The position numbers were made by a program, and so were the translations under genes. A stretch of 64,000 nucleotides of DNA from an uncultured Chloroflexia bacterium (GTDB lineage Bacteria; Chloroflexota; Limnocylindria; Limnocylindrales; CSP1-4), in the NCBI GenBank assembly GCA_963712745.1, contig CAVQJC010000004.1, forward strand, positions 128,001 to 192,000. The letters run 5' to 3'. Positions 34,001 through 43,583 of this stretch are shown here, one piece after another (the first letter of the stretch is position 1; the number at the start of each line of letters is the position of its first letter). The notes beneath the pieces were generated by a model. That model was not told the origin of the DNA and searched no databases. It saw nothing but the letters and a program-made list of their open reading frames with translations.

Positions 34001-34810
34001 ATGACCGAAGACTCGTCCACGAACCCGAGGCCAGAGGGTACGACCCCGCTCGTGGAGATGCGGGACATCAAGGTCGCCTTTGGCGGCGTGCACGCGGTGG
34101 ATGGCGTCAGCATCGACCTCTACCCAGGAGAGGTCGTCGGTCTGGTCGGCGGCAATGGTGCCGGCAAGTCGACGCTGATGCGCGTACTGTCCGGCGCGCA
34201 CCCGGCTGACTCCGGCCAGATCTTCGTGGACGGCAAGCTCGCGCACATCCACGCGCCTCTCGATGCCCAACGGCTCGGCATCGAGACGATCTACCAGACG
34301 CTGGCGCTGGCCGACAACCAGAACGCACCGGCCAACATGTTCCTCGGCCGGGAGATGACGAGCCGCACGGGTGCGCTCGATGACAAGGCGATGGAGAACG
34401 CTAGCCGGGACGTCATGGGTCGGCTGAACCCGAACTTCACCAACTTCAAGCAGCCGGTGAAGTCCCTCTCCGGTGGACAGCGACAGGCCGTGGCCATCGC
34501 CCGAGCCGTCCACTTCCAGGCCCGGGCGCTCATCATGGACGAGCCCACGGCCGCGCTGGGTCCGGCCGAGACGACGCAGGTGCGTGATCTCGTGAAGCAG
34601 CTCAAGAACGAAGGAATCGGCATCTTTCTCATCAGCCATGACATCCATGACGTCTTCGACCTCTCCGATCGCATCAGCGTCATGTATCACGGCGAGATCG
34701 TGGGCACGGTCAGGCACGATGCGGTCACCCCTGATGACGTCTTGGGCATGATCATCCTGGGCAAGCAACCGGAGTCGGTGACAAGTGAGGAGCGCGCGGC
34801 CCTCTACTAG
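34001..34810 (+). CDS. Sugar ABC transporter ATP-binding protein (single domain)
   Basis: [28 protein letters not shown]; GGAGG RBS. Confidence 0.93.
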   Translation: MTEDSSTNPRPEGTTPLVEMRDIKVAFGGVHAVDGVSIDLYPGEVVGLVGGNGAGKSTLMRVLSGAHPADSGQIFVDGKLAHIHAPLDAQRLGIETIYQTLALADNQNAPANMFLGREMTSRTGALDDKAMENASRDVMGRLNPNFTNFKQPVKSLSGGQRQAVAIARAVHFQARALIMDEPTAALGPAETTQVRDLVKQLKNEGIGIFLISHDIHDVFDLSDRISVMYHGEIVGTVRHDAVTPDDVLGMIILGKQPESVTSEERAALY

Positions 34811-34886
34811 GGAGATGTCCGTGGCTTCGTCGTGCGACGTCACTACACGAGGGCCGGGATCGCCCACCGAGGCGCTGCGGAATCCA

Positions 34887-34916
34887 TTGACTCCTCGACC
34901 AGACTTCAGCTAGCGT
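34887..34916 (+). promoter_or_regulatory. Putative sigma70 promoter for SBP gene
   Basis: TTGACT-18 bp-TAGCGT. Confidence 0.45.
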
Positions 34917-35004
34917 AATGCGTGCGCGCCAGACTCATGGACTGATCTTGCGCCAGAAGGTAGGCGCAGGTCCACGGGGCGTTGCGAAGCAGGAGGAGCA
35001 CCAG

Positions 35005-35964
35005 ATGCGACAACGCCCGTTCGGCCGCTTGATCGGATCATTCGCGGCCACGGCACTACTAGTCGGGTCCCTGGGCGGAGGAGTAGCAGCCCAAGACGAC
35101 GGGATCGAGATCGGCGTCACGTTCCCGATCCTCGACCAGTTCCTCCAGACGGTCGCGACCGGCATGGAGAACAAGGCGGAGGAGATCGGCGGCGTCAGCC
35201 TCAACATCGTCGAGGCCCAGGAAGACGTCACCACGCAGCTGGGCCAGGTCGAGAACTTCATCACCAACGAGGTTGATGCCATCCTCGTCATCCCGGTCGA
35301 CACCGATGCTGCGGCTCCGATGACGGAGGCGGCAATGGCGGCTGGGATTCCGCTGGTATATGTCAACCGGCGGCCGTCCGACCTGCCCACCGACGGGTCC
35401 GTCCCGTATGTCGGGTCCGATTCGCTCTACGCGGGCACGGTGGAGATGGAGATGCTCGCGGAGCTCGCCGGGAACGAGGGCAACGTGGTCATCCTCATCG
35501 GCGACCCGGCCAACGAGGCTGCGGTCCTGCGCACCCAGGGCTGCAAGGATGTGGTCGACCAGCACGAGGGGCTGGTCGTCACCAAGGAGCAGGCCGGCAA
35601 CTGGTATCGCGAAGAAGGCCTGAACATCATGGAGAACTGGATCCAGTCGGGAGACCAGATCGACATCGTCTGCGCCAACAACGATGAGATGGCGCTGGGC
35701 GCGATCGAGGCGCTGCGCAACGCGAACCTTCTCGACGATGTCATCGTCGGTGGCGTCGACGCTACCGCCGATGCGCTCGCGGCGATGGAGGCCGGCGATC
35801 TCGAGGTCACCGTCTTCCAGAACGCCGACGGCCAGGGCGGTGGCGGCGTCGAGGCCGCGGTGGCTCTGATCAACGGCGAGCCCGTCCCCAACATGGACGA
35901 GATGGGCATCGTGGATGTCCCCTACGAGCCCGTCAGCCCGGAGAACATGGCCGACTACCAGTAG
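35005..35964 (+). CDS. Sugar (inositol) ABC transporter substrate-binding protein, RbsB-like
   Basis: Signal peptide; PLVYVNRRP, YVGSD, ANNDEMALGA, GVDAT, TVFQ; AGGAGG RBS. Confidence 0.9.
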   Translation: MRQRPFGRLIGSFAATALLVGSLGGGVAAQDDGIEIGVTFPILDQFLQTVATGMENKAEEIGGVSLNIVEAQEDVTTQLGQVENFITNEVDAILVIPVDTDAAAPMTEAAMAAGIPLVYVNRRPSDLPTDGSVPYVGSDSLYAGTVEMEMLAELAGNEGNVVILIGDPANEAAVLRTQGCKDVVDQHEGLVVTKEQAGNWYREEGLNIMENWIQSGDQIDIVCANNDEMALGAIEALRNANLLDDVIVGGVDATADALAAMEAGDLEVTVFQNADGQGGGGVEAAVALINGEPVPNMDEMGIVDVPYEPVSPENMADYQ

Positions 35965-36183
35965 TAGAAACCGTCGCTGCAGGGAGCCGAAGGTCGGTCC
36001 CTGCGGCCATAGCTACGTCAGCGATCGGAGGCCCGCGTGTGCGGGCCTCCGAGTCACATGAAGACCCAGAAACAGACCCGGCGCTTGATCTTCGGATTCG
36101 AGATCGGAGTGCGTTATCGGGCACCAGCCGGGTCATGCTGACGACAGCGAGGGAGGCAGTGTCAGCACGAGGGAGGCAGGGGA

Positions 36184-37185
36184 GTGACCACACCGGGCGT
36201 GACTGATACGTTGAGCTTCAGGGCCGGCGAGTTCTTCCGCAAGTACCTCATCGTCTTCATCCTCATCGGCTTGGTAGCGTTGCTCTCCGTCTTGACCGAT
36301 GGGACGTTCCTGAAGCCACAGAACCTCATCAACGTGACCCGGCAGGTCTCGGTCATCGCCATCCTCGGCATCGGCCTGACCGTGGTCATCATCTCCACCG
36401 GCATCGACCTGTCGGTCGGTTCGGTCGTGGCCCTTTCGGCGGTGGTCGCGACGAGCCTCGCGCAGCTGCCCGAGGCAACGAACCTCATGTATCCGGGCTT
36501 GGATGTGCCCGTGTTCGTGGCGGTCGGCGCAGGCCTGTTGGTGGGTGTCGGAGTCGGAGCCATCAACGGCACGCTCGTCGCGTACTTCCGCCTGGCTCCC
36601 TTCATCGCCACGCTGGGCATGATGACGGCGGCGCGCGGCGTTGCGCTCATCTACAGCAACGGACGTCCGGTCAGCCGGCTCGATCCTGACTACAACTGGT
36701 TCGGACAGGGTGAACCCTTCGGCATCCCGGTCCCCATCATCCTGCTCGTCATCGTGGCCATAGCCGTTCAGTACCTGCTGACACGCCGCAAGTTCGGTCG
36801 CTACGTCTACTCCATCGGCAGCAACGAGGAAGCTGTCCAGCTCGCCGGCATCAAGATCAAGCGGGTGAAGATGTGGATCTACATCCTCTCGGGCCTGCTG
36901 GCCGGGCTAGGCGGCATCATCCTGTCGGGGCGCATCGGTTCCGGCAACCCGACGCTCGCCACCGGCATCGAGCTTCAAGCCATCGCGGCAGCCGTCATCG
37001 GAGGGGCCAGCCTGGCCGGCGGCATCGGCACTGTCTGGGGAGCCATCATCGGCGCCATGATCATCGGCTCGCTGAGTACTGGCCTGGACCTGCTCAACGT
37101 CTCGCCATTCTCCCAGATGGTCGTGCAGGGCCTGATCATCATTGCCGCCATCATCATCGACGAGCGCAAGAACCGAGGGAAATGA
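36184..37185 (+). CDS. Sugar ABC transporter permease (RbsC-like)
   Basis: GIDLSVGS, PFIATLG, G.NEEA..LAGI, ELQAIAAAVIGG.SL.GG.G. Confidence 0.93.
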   Translation: MTTPGVTDTLSFRAGEFFRKYLIVFILIGLVALLSVLTDGTFLKPQNLINVTRQVSVIAILGIGLTVVIISTGIDLSVGSVVALSAVVATSLAQLPEATNLMYPGLDVPVFVAVGAGLLVGVGVGAINGTLVAYFRLAPFIATLGMMTAARGVALIYSNGRPVSRLDPDYNWFGQGEPFGIPVPIILLVIVAIAVQYLLTRRKFGRYVYSIGSNEEAVQLAGIKIKRVKMWIYILSGLLAGLGGIILSGRIGSGNPTLATGIELQAIAAAVIGGASLAGGIGTVWGAIIGAMIIGSLSTGLDLLNVSPFSQMVVQGLIIIAAIIIDERKNRGK

Positions 37186-37355
37186 ACGCTACTGGTCGGC
37201 CGCCCGCGGTCCGGGACGGCTCCCCGACGTCCCGAGACAAGCAACCATTCGGCCCCTGACGACCGGCTCGCAATCGAACACCATCGGTCTGAGGCGTCAC
37301 AGGGGCCTGCCCGACCCCATCGACGGTACGTCACAGCACGCAAGGAGCCAGCGCC

Positions 37356-38282
37356 GTGAACCAGCACGTTGACTATCCACAACTCCGCCTCGGCACGGCC
37401 CCCGACTCGTGGGGCGTCTGGTTCCCTGATGACCCGAAGCAGACGCCCTGGTCCCGCTATCTCGACGAAGTGCGCGACGCCGGCTACAAGTGGACCGAGC
37501 TCGGCCCCTTCGGCTATCTGCCGACGGACCCCGTGCGGCTACGGGACGAGCTTGACGCCCGTGGGCTTAGCCTCACCGGCGGCACCGTGTTCGTGGCGCT
37601 GCACAAGGGAAAGGACGCGCTTGAGCAGGCGAAGGCGGACTGTGACGCCGAGATGGCAACCATCCGGCCGCTTGGAGCGCGACACCTAGTCATCTTGCCG
37701 GAGGGCTACACCGACCTCGACGGCAGGGTCACTGCCTCGCCCACGCTGACCGCGGGCGAGTGGGACTCGCTGCTCACGGGTATGAGCGAGTTGGGGGTGT
37801 ACGTGGCTGACAAGCACGGCGCCGTGCTCACCTTCCATACCCACGCGGACAGCCATGTCGGCACGCAGGAGGAGATCGAACGCTTCCTCGATGGCACCGA
37901 TCCCCAGACCGTGCAACTTTGCCTCGATACCGGCCACGTCACCTACTGCGGTGCCGACAACCTCAAGCTCATCCGCGACTACCCCGAGCGCATCGCCTAC
38001 GTGCACCTGAAGCAGGTGGACGTGGCCGTGCGCGCGCGGGTGCGGGAGGAGAACCTCGGTTTCGCACCTGCCGTGCGCCTTGGCGTCATGGTAGAACCGC
38101 CACTCGGCGAACCCGACATGCCCGAGCTTCTGGCCGCGCTCGGCGCACTCGATCGCGAGCTCTACTGCATCGTCGAGCAGGACCTGTACCCCTGCGCACC
38201 CGACGTCCCGCTCCCGATCGCGGTGCGTACAGAGGAGTACTTCAAGACCTGTGGCCTGGGGGCCGGGCGCCCGCGCGACTGA
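37356..38282 (+). CDS. Sugar phosphate isomerase/epimerase TIM barrel, IolE/MocC-like inosose dehydratase
   Basis: GTAPDSWGVWF, ELGPFGYLP, FHTHADSHV, CLDTGH, HLK, VEQD. Confidence 0.8.
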   Translation: MNQHVDYPQLRLGTAPDSWGVWFPDDPKQTPWSRYLDEVRDAGYKWTELGPFGYLPTDPVRLRDELDARGLSLTGGTVFVALHKGKDALEQAKADCDAEMATIRPLGARHLVILPEGYTDLDGRVTASPTLTAGEWDSLLTGMSELGVYVADKHGAVLTFHTHADSHVGTQEEIERFLDGTDPQTVQLCLDTGHVTYCGADNLKLIRDYPERIAYVHLKQVDVAVRARVREENLGFAPAVRLGVMVEPPLGEPDMPELLAALGALDRELYCIVEQDLYPCAPDVPLPIAVRTEEYFKTCGLGAGRPRD

Positions 38283-38325
38283 CCGAGCGGATCGCGACAT
38301 CTCATCACAGCAGAGGGGTTCCACC

Positions 38326-39333
38326 ATGACCATCCGGGTAGGCATCATCGGGACAGGCCTCATCGGCGAGGACCACGGCCGGAGGCTGGCTGGCGTCATC
38401 CGCGGCTCGAGCGTGAGCGCAGTCACGGACATCAGGCGAGAGCGGGCGGAAGAAGTCGCCGAGACGCTCGGCGGAGCGCGCGTGTTCGACACGGGCTTCG
38501 ACCTGATCGCGAGCGACGAGGTCGACGCCGTGCTCGTCGCCTCCATCGGGGAGACCCATGCCGACTACGTGCTCGCCTGCATCGGCGCGGGCAAACCGGT
38601 CATGTGCGAGAAGCCGCTCGCACCGACGGTGCCCGAGTGCGAGCGGATCATCGAAGCGGAGGTCGCATTCGGGCAGCGGCTCGTCATCGTCGGCTACATG
38701 CGTCGCTATGACGCCGGCTATCGGCAGGTCAAAGCCTCGCTTGAGGAAGGCACGATCGGTGACCCGCTGATCCTGCATAACATCCACCGCAACTCGGTCG
38801 TCCCCGAGACCTACACCAGCTTCATGACCATGACCGACTCGATGATCCACGAGGTAGACGTGAGCCGCTGGCTCCTCGATGAGGAGATCACGGCGGTCCA
38901 GGTCATCCCGCCAAAGCGGACGCCCAAGGCCTTCCCGCATCTCCAGGACCCTCAGTTCGCCGTGTTCACGACCGAGACCGGAATCCTCTCGACCGTGGAG
39001 TTCTTTGCCAACTGCCAGTACGGCTATGACGTCCGCTGCGAAGTGGTCGGTTCGATGGGGACGGCTTCGCTCGTGAACCCGGCGCTGGCCTCCGAGATTG
39101 CCGCCGGGCACGCGACGGAAGTCATCCCCGCAGACTGGCGCGGGCGGTTCGGCGCCGCCTATACCGCCGAGATCCAGGCGTGGATCTCCGGTCTCGAGCG
39201 AGGCGCGTGCGTCGGTCCCAGCGCCTGGGAGGGTTATGCCGCCACCAAGGTCGTCGAGGTCGGCGTCGAGGCGGTCAAGAGTGGCGAGCGCGTGACCATC
39301 GAATACATGGACAAGCCGGCACTCTATCGGTAG
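38326..39333 (+). CDS. iolG: myo-Inositol 2-dehydrogenase (Gfo/Idh/MocA)
   Basis: GIIGTGLIG, CEKP, GYMRRYD, HRN, IHEVD, YGYDVRCE, GPSAW.GY. Confidence 0.88.
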   Translation: MTIRVGIIGTGLIGEDHGRRLAGVIRGSSVSAVTDIRRERAEEVAETLGGARVFDTGFDLIASDEVDAVLVASIGETHADYVLACIGAGKPVMCEKPLAPTVPECERIIEAEVAFGQRLVIVGYMRRYDAGYRQVKASLEEGTIGDPLILHNIHRNSVVPETYTSFMTMTDSMIHEVDVSRWLLDEEITAVQVIPPKRTPKAFPHLQDPQFAVFTTETGILSTVEFFANCQYGYDVRCEVVGSMGTASLVNPALASEIAAGHATEVIPADWRGRFGAAYTAEIQAWISGLERGACVGPSAWEGYAATKVVEVGVEAVKSGERVTIEYMDKPALYR

Positions 39334-39373
39334 GCGGCACCGTCGGGCCCCACCGGCGGCCGGAGGAGACGAC

Positions 39374-40240
39374 GTGAAAGTCACACTCGACCCTTACATG
39401 TTCCGCGAGGTACCCCTGACCAAGCTGCCTCGGCTGGTGGCTGACCTTGGCTATCGCCATATCGAGCTCTCTCCGCGTGAGGACTTCATCCCGTTCTACC
39501 GCCATCCACGGGTGGACACCGCCACCATCAAGGCCTTCCGACGGGCGCTCGAGGAAGCCTCGGTCGAAGTCGTCTCGCTGCTGCCGCTCTTTCGCTGGTC
39601 GGGCCCTGACGAGGACGAGCGGCAGGCAGCGGTCCGCTACTGGAAGCGCTCGATCGAGATCGCAGCCGAGCTGGGTGTGGACGTCATGAACTCCGAGTTC
39701 AACGGCCGACCGGAGAACCCGTCTATCTCGGAGGCGCAGTTCTGGAAGTCGATGGAGGAGTTGCTCCCCATCTTCGAGCGGGAAGGTATCCACCTGGCCC
39801 TGGAGCCGCATCCCGACGATTTCATCGAGGACGGTCTGGCGGCGGTCGACATGATTCGTGGCATCGACTCCCCGAGTGTCAGCTTCCTGTATTGCGCGCC
39901 GCACACGTTCCACCAGGGTGGGAATGTGGCTGAGATCATGCGTTCGGCTGGGGACCTGCTCACGCAGGTGCACGTCGCCGACTGCTGGGATCACCGGGCC
40001 TCATCGGGGTTGCGCTACATCACGAACCCGCCAGGCAACGCGGTGCGGGTGCACCAGCACCTTGACATCGGCCAGGGCGAGGTTCCGTGGGACACCTTCT
40101 TCGGCACGCTCGAAGAACTGCGTTTCGACGGCATCATGACCGTGTGCGTCTTCGCCTGGGAGGAACGGGCCGCGGAGTCGAGTCGGCACAACCTCGCGGA
40201 GATCGAGCGGCGAATCGCTGGCTGGCAGCATCTCGCCTAG
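39374..40240 (+). CDS. iolH: IolH-like sugar phosphate isomerase/epimerase
   Basis: LDPYM, IELSPREDF.PF..HPR, EPHPDDF, YCAPHTF, RYI.NPPG...RVHQHLDIGQG. Confidence 0.82.
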   Translation: MKVTLDPYMFREVPLTKLPRLVADLGYRHIELSPREDFIPFYRHPRVDTATIKAFRRALEEASVEVVSLLPLFRWSGPDEDERQAAVRYWKRSIEIAAELGVDVMNSEFNGRPENPSISEAQFWKSMEELLPIFEREGIHLALEPHPDDFIEDGLAAVDMIRGIDSPSVSFLYCAPHTFHQGGNVAEIMRSAGDLLTQVHVADCWDHRASSGLRYITNPPGNAVRVHQHLDIGQGEVPWDTFFGTLEELRFDGIMTVCVFAWEERAAESSRHNLAEIERRIAGWQHLA

Positions 40241-40339
40241 CCTGAACAGCCGCCGGTCGGTCGCCTCCCCGAGTCGCCAAACGACGACATCATGGTCGAA
40301 CAAGGCCGCAGCCAAGGTCGCACCTCGTCCATCGGCCTG

Positions 40340-41656
40340 CTACTGGCGCACCATACGGTCAGCGATCTCCGCCCATTCCCAAAGACGCCGGGGGTCGCGA
40401 CGGCAGGTGCTGATGTCCTTGAGCGTGAACTCCACCGGACATCCGTTTGCTTTCGTCACCTCGAGCACTTCGCGGAAGTCCTTCTCCGCGAGCTCGGGAA
40501 CCCACTCGTCCATCGCGACAAGGGCCGGGTTCGGCTTGCGACTGAAGACGAAGTCGGAGCCGATCGACTCGGCCCCCTTGGCGATGTCGGCCCATGGGCT
40601 CATCGAGATCTTGCGGATATTCGGGATCTCGCGGATGCGGTCGACCCTCTTGCCGAGTGGCTCACAGCAGCCGTAGTACCCGAGACCGAAGCGGCCGTAG
40701 TAGCGGATCGCGCCGGGGATCTCCATCTCGGCCCACATCTCATCTGAAACCGAGACGAACAGCTGGGCCATGCCGTAGACCCAGTTGTCGACCGCCCGTG
40801 GCTTGGCGATGTCGAAATCCGTCTGCGGCAGCTCATCAGTGTGTGCGCCACAGCAGTGGATCCGGTCCAGACCCCAGCCCAGCAGTCCCTTCTCTTCGAG
40901 GAGGTCGAGCTCGGCGAGGCGGACGTCAGTCATGCGCTCGGCGATCCTGAGCAGGAAGTCCGGGCGGTCGATGAGGTCGTAGAGGATCCTCTCGGTGCCG
41001 CGCAGCTGCTCGATGTCATCCCACATCGAGAACCACGGTGAGAGGCCCTGCATGCGGACGTCGAGGATGCCGTCGAGCAGCTCGTGTGCGCGAACCTCGA
41101 CCTTCTCGGTCGCCTCGGCCTCCAGCTCGATCTCGGGCACGGTGAGCTTCGCGAGCGCTTCGTCATCCGGGATCTGGTCGCTGAAGTGATGTGAACTGAT
41201 GGCCTCGCCCTCACCCTGGCTGATGGTGTCCTCGACGACCGAGACCCCGAAGCCCGAGTGGTAGATGACCTTGCTGATGTCGACGTACGGTTCGACCACC
41301 ATGTCGCAGCGCATGTGCTCCCACTGGTAGAGCGTCTGGCGCAGCGTCGTCTCGAGGCTCCGTGCGAAGAGGTCGGTACATCGGTTCTGCAGTGCCGGGT
41401 CGTCCCTCAACTCGTGCCAGGGGACCTCGTCGATCTGGACCATGGGCCGCTGTGGGCGCAGCGCATTGAGGTCCTTCCAGGCCTGGATCGTGTCTTGCTG
41501 GACAGGCAGTGCGGCGATTTCAGCGACCCTGGCGGCCAGCTCGCGAACGACCGCGACGTCCTCAGCCGGGGGCGGCGAGTCGAGGTCGTCGTAACGTATC
41601 CATGGGGTACCGCTGGCGTAGGTTGGAGGCATGACCCAGGGTGTCTTCTCTGTCAT
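40340..41656 (-). CDS. Uncharacterised UROD/MtaA-like TIM-barrel protein, putative corrinoid-dependent methyltransferase
   Basis: RG.E..LYDL.DRPD, YYGCCEPL, ISMSPW, KPNP; Cys clusters; directly downstream of corrinoid gene; GAGGAGG RBS. Confidence 0.6.
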   Translation of the reverse strand: MTEKTPWVMPPTYASGTPWIRYDDLDSPPPAEDVAVVRELAARVAEIAALPVQQDTIQAWKDLNALRPQRPMVQIDEVPWHELRDDPALQNRCTDLFARSLETTLRQTLYQWEHMRCDMVVEPYVDISKVIYHSGFGVSVVEDTISQGEGEAISSHHFSDQIPDDEALAKLTVPEIELEAEATEKVEVRAHELLDGILDVRMQGLSPWFSMWDDIEQLRGTERILYDLIDRPDFLLRIAERMTDVRLAELDLLEEKGLLGWGLDRIHCCGAHTDELPQTDFDIAKPRAVDNWVYGMAQLFVSVSDEMWAEMEIPGAIRYYGRFGLGYYGCCEPLGKRVDRIREIPNIRKISMSPWADIAKGAESIGSDFVFSRKPNPALVAMDEWVPELAEKDFREVLEVTKANGCPVEFTLKDISTCRRDPRRLWEWAEIADRMVRQ

Positions 41657-41726
41657 CGGATCCTCCTCGCTCGGCGTGTTGCGGTTGGTGTGCCCCGGCG
41701 CCTGTGGCGATCCAGGTCAGGCCCCG

Positions 41727-42353
41727 CTAGGAAGCCAACAGCTCGCGGGCCAGGTCGACAGCGGCACCAGCGTCCGGGGCGAAGCCGTCGGCACCGATCT
41801 GCTCGGCGAGCTCCGGGGTAACGGGCGCCCCGCCGACGACGACACTGGTCGGGAGGTCGGCCGCGCGGACGGCCTCGACCACACCACGCATGTTGGGCAT
41901 CGTCGTGGTCAGCAGGGCGCTGACCCCGATGAGGTGGGCGTCGTGCTCACGCGCGGCGTCGACGAACCTAGCAGCCGGGACGTTGACGCCGAGGTCGATG
42001 ACCTCGAAGCCGCCGCCCTTCCACATCATGCCGACAAGATTCTTGCCTATGTCGTGGAGGTCACCTTCGACCGTACCCACGACCGCACGATACTCGGGCT
42101 TCACCCCGCTCTCAGCCAGGATCGGCTCGAGGATCTCGGTGCCGGCCTTCATGGCACGCGCGGCGACCATCATCTCTGGAACGAAGCACTCGCCCGTCTG
42201 GAACTTCCTGCCAACGACGTCCATAGCGGCGACCATCGCGTCGAGTACGCTCTTGGCATCAACGCCCCCGTCGAGCGCCGCACGTGTCGCGTTCGCGGCT
42301 CCCGTACGGTCACCTGACTCGACAGCGGCGGCGAGGATGGCAAGGTCGGTCAT
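41727..42353 (-). CDS. Corrinoid (cobalamin-binding) protein, MtaC/MttC-like
   Basis: Cap domain (FVPEMM.AA.AM), GDLHDIGKN (DxHxxG), SALLTTTM, VGGAPVT; AAGGAGG RBS. Confidence 0.93.
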   Translation of the reverse strand: MTDLAILAAAVESGDRTGAANATRAALDGGVDAKSVLDAMVAAMDVVGRKFQTGECFVPEMMVAARAMKAGTEILEPILAESGVKPEYRAVVGTVEGDLHDIGKNLVGMMWKGGGFEVIDLGVNVPAARFVDAAREHDAHLIGVSALLTTTMPNMRGVVEAVRAADLPTSVVVGGAPVTPELAEQIGADGFAPDAGAAVDLARELLAS

Positions 42354-42507
42354 GGTGTGATCCTCCTTTGAGGGACTTGGGTCGTGATGGTGCCTGCTGA
42401 CCGCATCTGCCGCGTCGTTGCGATCGTAGCGATGTTCGGCTTGGGAGGACCGGCGACAAAGGGCCCGTGGTCACCAAGAAGCGAGACAGACTGCTCCCTC
42501 CCGGACG

Positions 42508-43512
42508 TCATCGACCGGGCACCTCGGAGAGATCGACGACCCGTCCCTCGCGCGCTGAGAGCGCCAGTGCCGACGCGAGTCGCAGCGCCTCGACCCCGTC
42601 GCGAGCTGTGCACGGGCTGACCCGCTCTCCGCGAGCGACGTCGACGAAGGCGATCAGTTCGTCTTGGTAGCCCTGTGCCCAGCGGTCAAGGAAGTCACGC
42701 CACGGCGGTCCGCCCGATGGCGACGCGGCCGTCTCCAGCGAGCGCAACGGTGTGCGGGGGCCAAGACCGACGGCCACGCTGTCACGCGACCCGAAGATCT
42801 CGGTGCGTACGTCGTGGCCCAGCGGGTCGTGGCGTGCCCAGGTTGCCGTCACTGGCGTGCCGTCAGCGAGCTTGATCACGGCCACGGCGTTGGCGTAGTC
42901 CTGGTACGTCTCGTACAGCGGAAAGCCTCGAGCGTTGCCGAGGCAGTAGACCTCCTCAGCCTCCAGCGCAGTGAGAAAACGCAGGGCGTCGAGGTCGTGG
43001 GTGGATTGATCGCGGAACATCCCCCCGGACGAGGCGACGTACGCCTCGGATGCGGGCGCTGGATCGTGGCAGCGCATCGAGATCGAATGGATGTCGCCGA
43101 TCTCGCCGCTCTCCACGAGCCTGCGCGCCTCCACATGCGCCGGGTCGAAGCGACGTTGGAACCCCAGGTGGAAGGGAACGGCGCTCGCCTCGACATCGAG
43201 CATGACCGCGATCGACTCCTCCAGCGAGGCCGCTAGTGGCTTCTCGCAGAACGTCGGGAGCTTGCGCTCGATCGCCGCCCGGATAAGCGCCGCATGGTCG
43301 GTGGTGGAAGCGGCGATGACCACCGCGTCGGCCTGCTCCATGGCCGCATCCACGGCCCCGACGTGCTCGAGCCCGAGCTCGGCTGCGACGTCAGCCGCGC
43401 GCTGGGGCACGAGGTCGGTGATGCTGACGCTCTCGATGGCTGCCGAGGAGAGCAGCGTGCGCGCATGCAGTGGACCGATCCTGCCGGCACCGAAGATCGC
43501 CACTCGCATCAC
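42508..43512 (-). CDS. Gfo/Idh/MocA oxidoreductase, second inositol-type dehydrogenase
   Basis: GAGRIG, CEKP, GFQRRFDP, SGGMFRD..THDLD. Confidence 0.88.
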   Translation of the reverse strand: MMRVAIFGAGRIGPLHARTLLSSAAIESVSITDLVPQRAADVAAELGLEHVGAVDAAMEQADAVVIAASTTDHAALIRAAIERKLPTFCEKPLAASLEESIAVMLDVEASAVPFHLGFQRRFDPAHVEARRLVESGEIGDIHSISMRCHDPAPASEAYVASSGGMFRDQSTHDLDALRFLTALEAEEVYCLGNARGFPLYETYQDYANAVAVIKLADGTPVTATWARHDPLGHDVRTEIFGSRDSVAVGLGPRTPLRSLETAASPSGGPPWRDFLDRWAQGYQDELIAFVDVARGERVSPCTARDGVEALRLASALALSAREGRVVDLSEVPGR

Positions 43513-43583
43513 GACTCCTCCTTCGCGGTCGCTCGCCCGGCGGCGAATGGTACAGCGCGCAAGGCCACACCTGCCCTACGTGA

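Noticed and set aside
42354-42507. Cobalamin riboswitch upstream of the corrinoid gene
   Set aside because: No recognisable B12-box or GGGAA...GCCACTG elements
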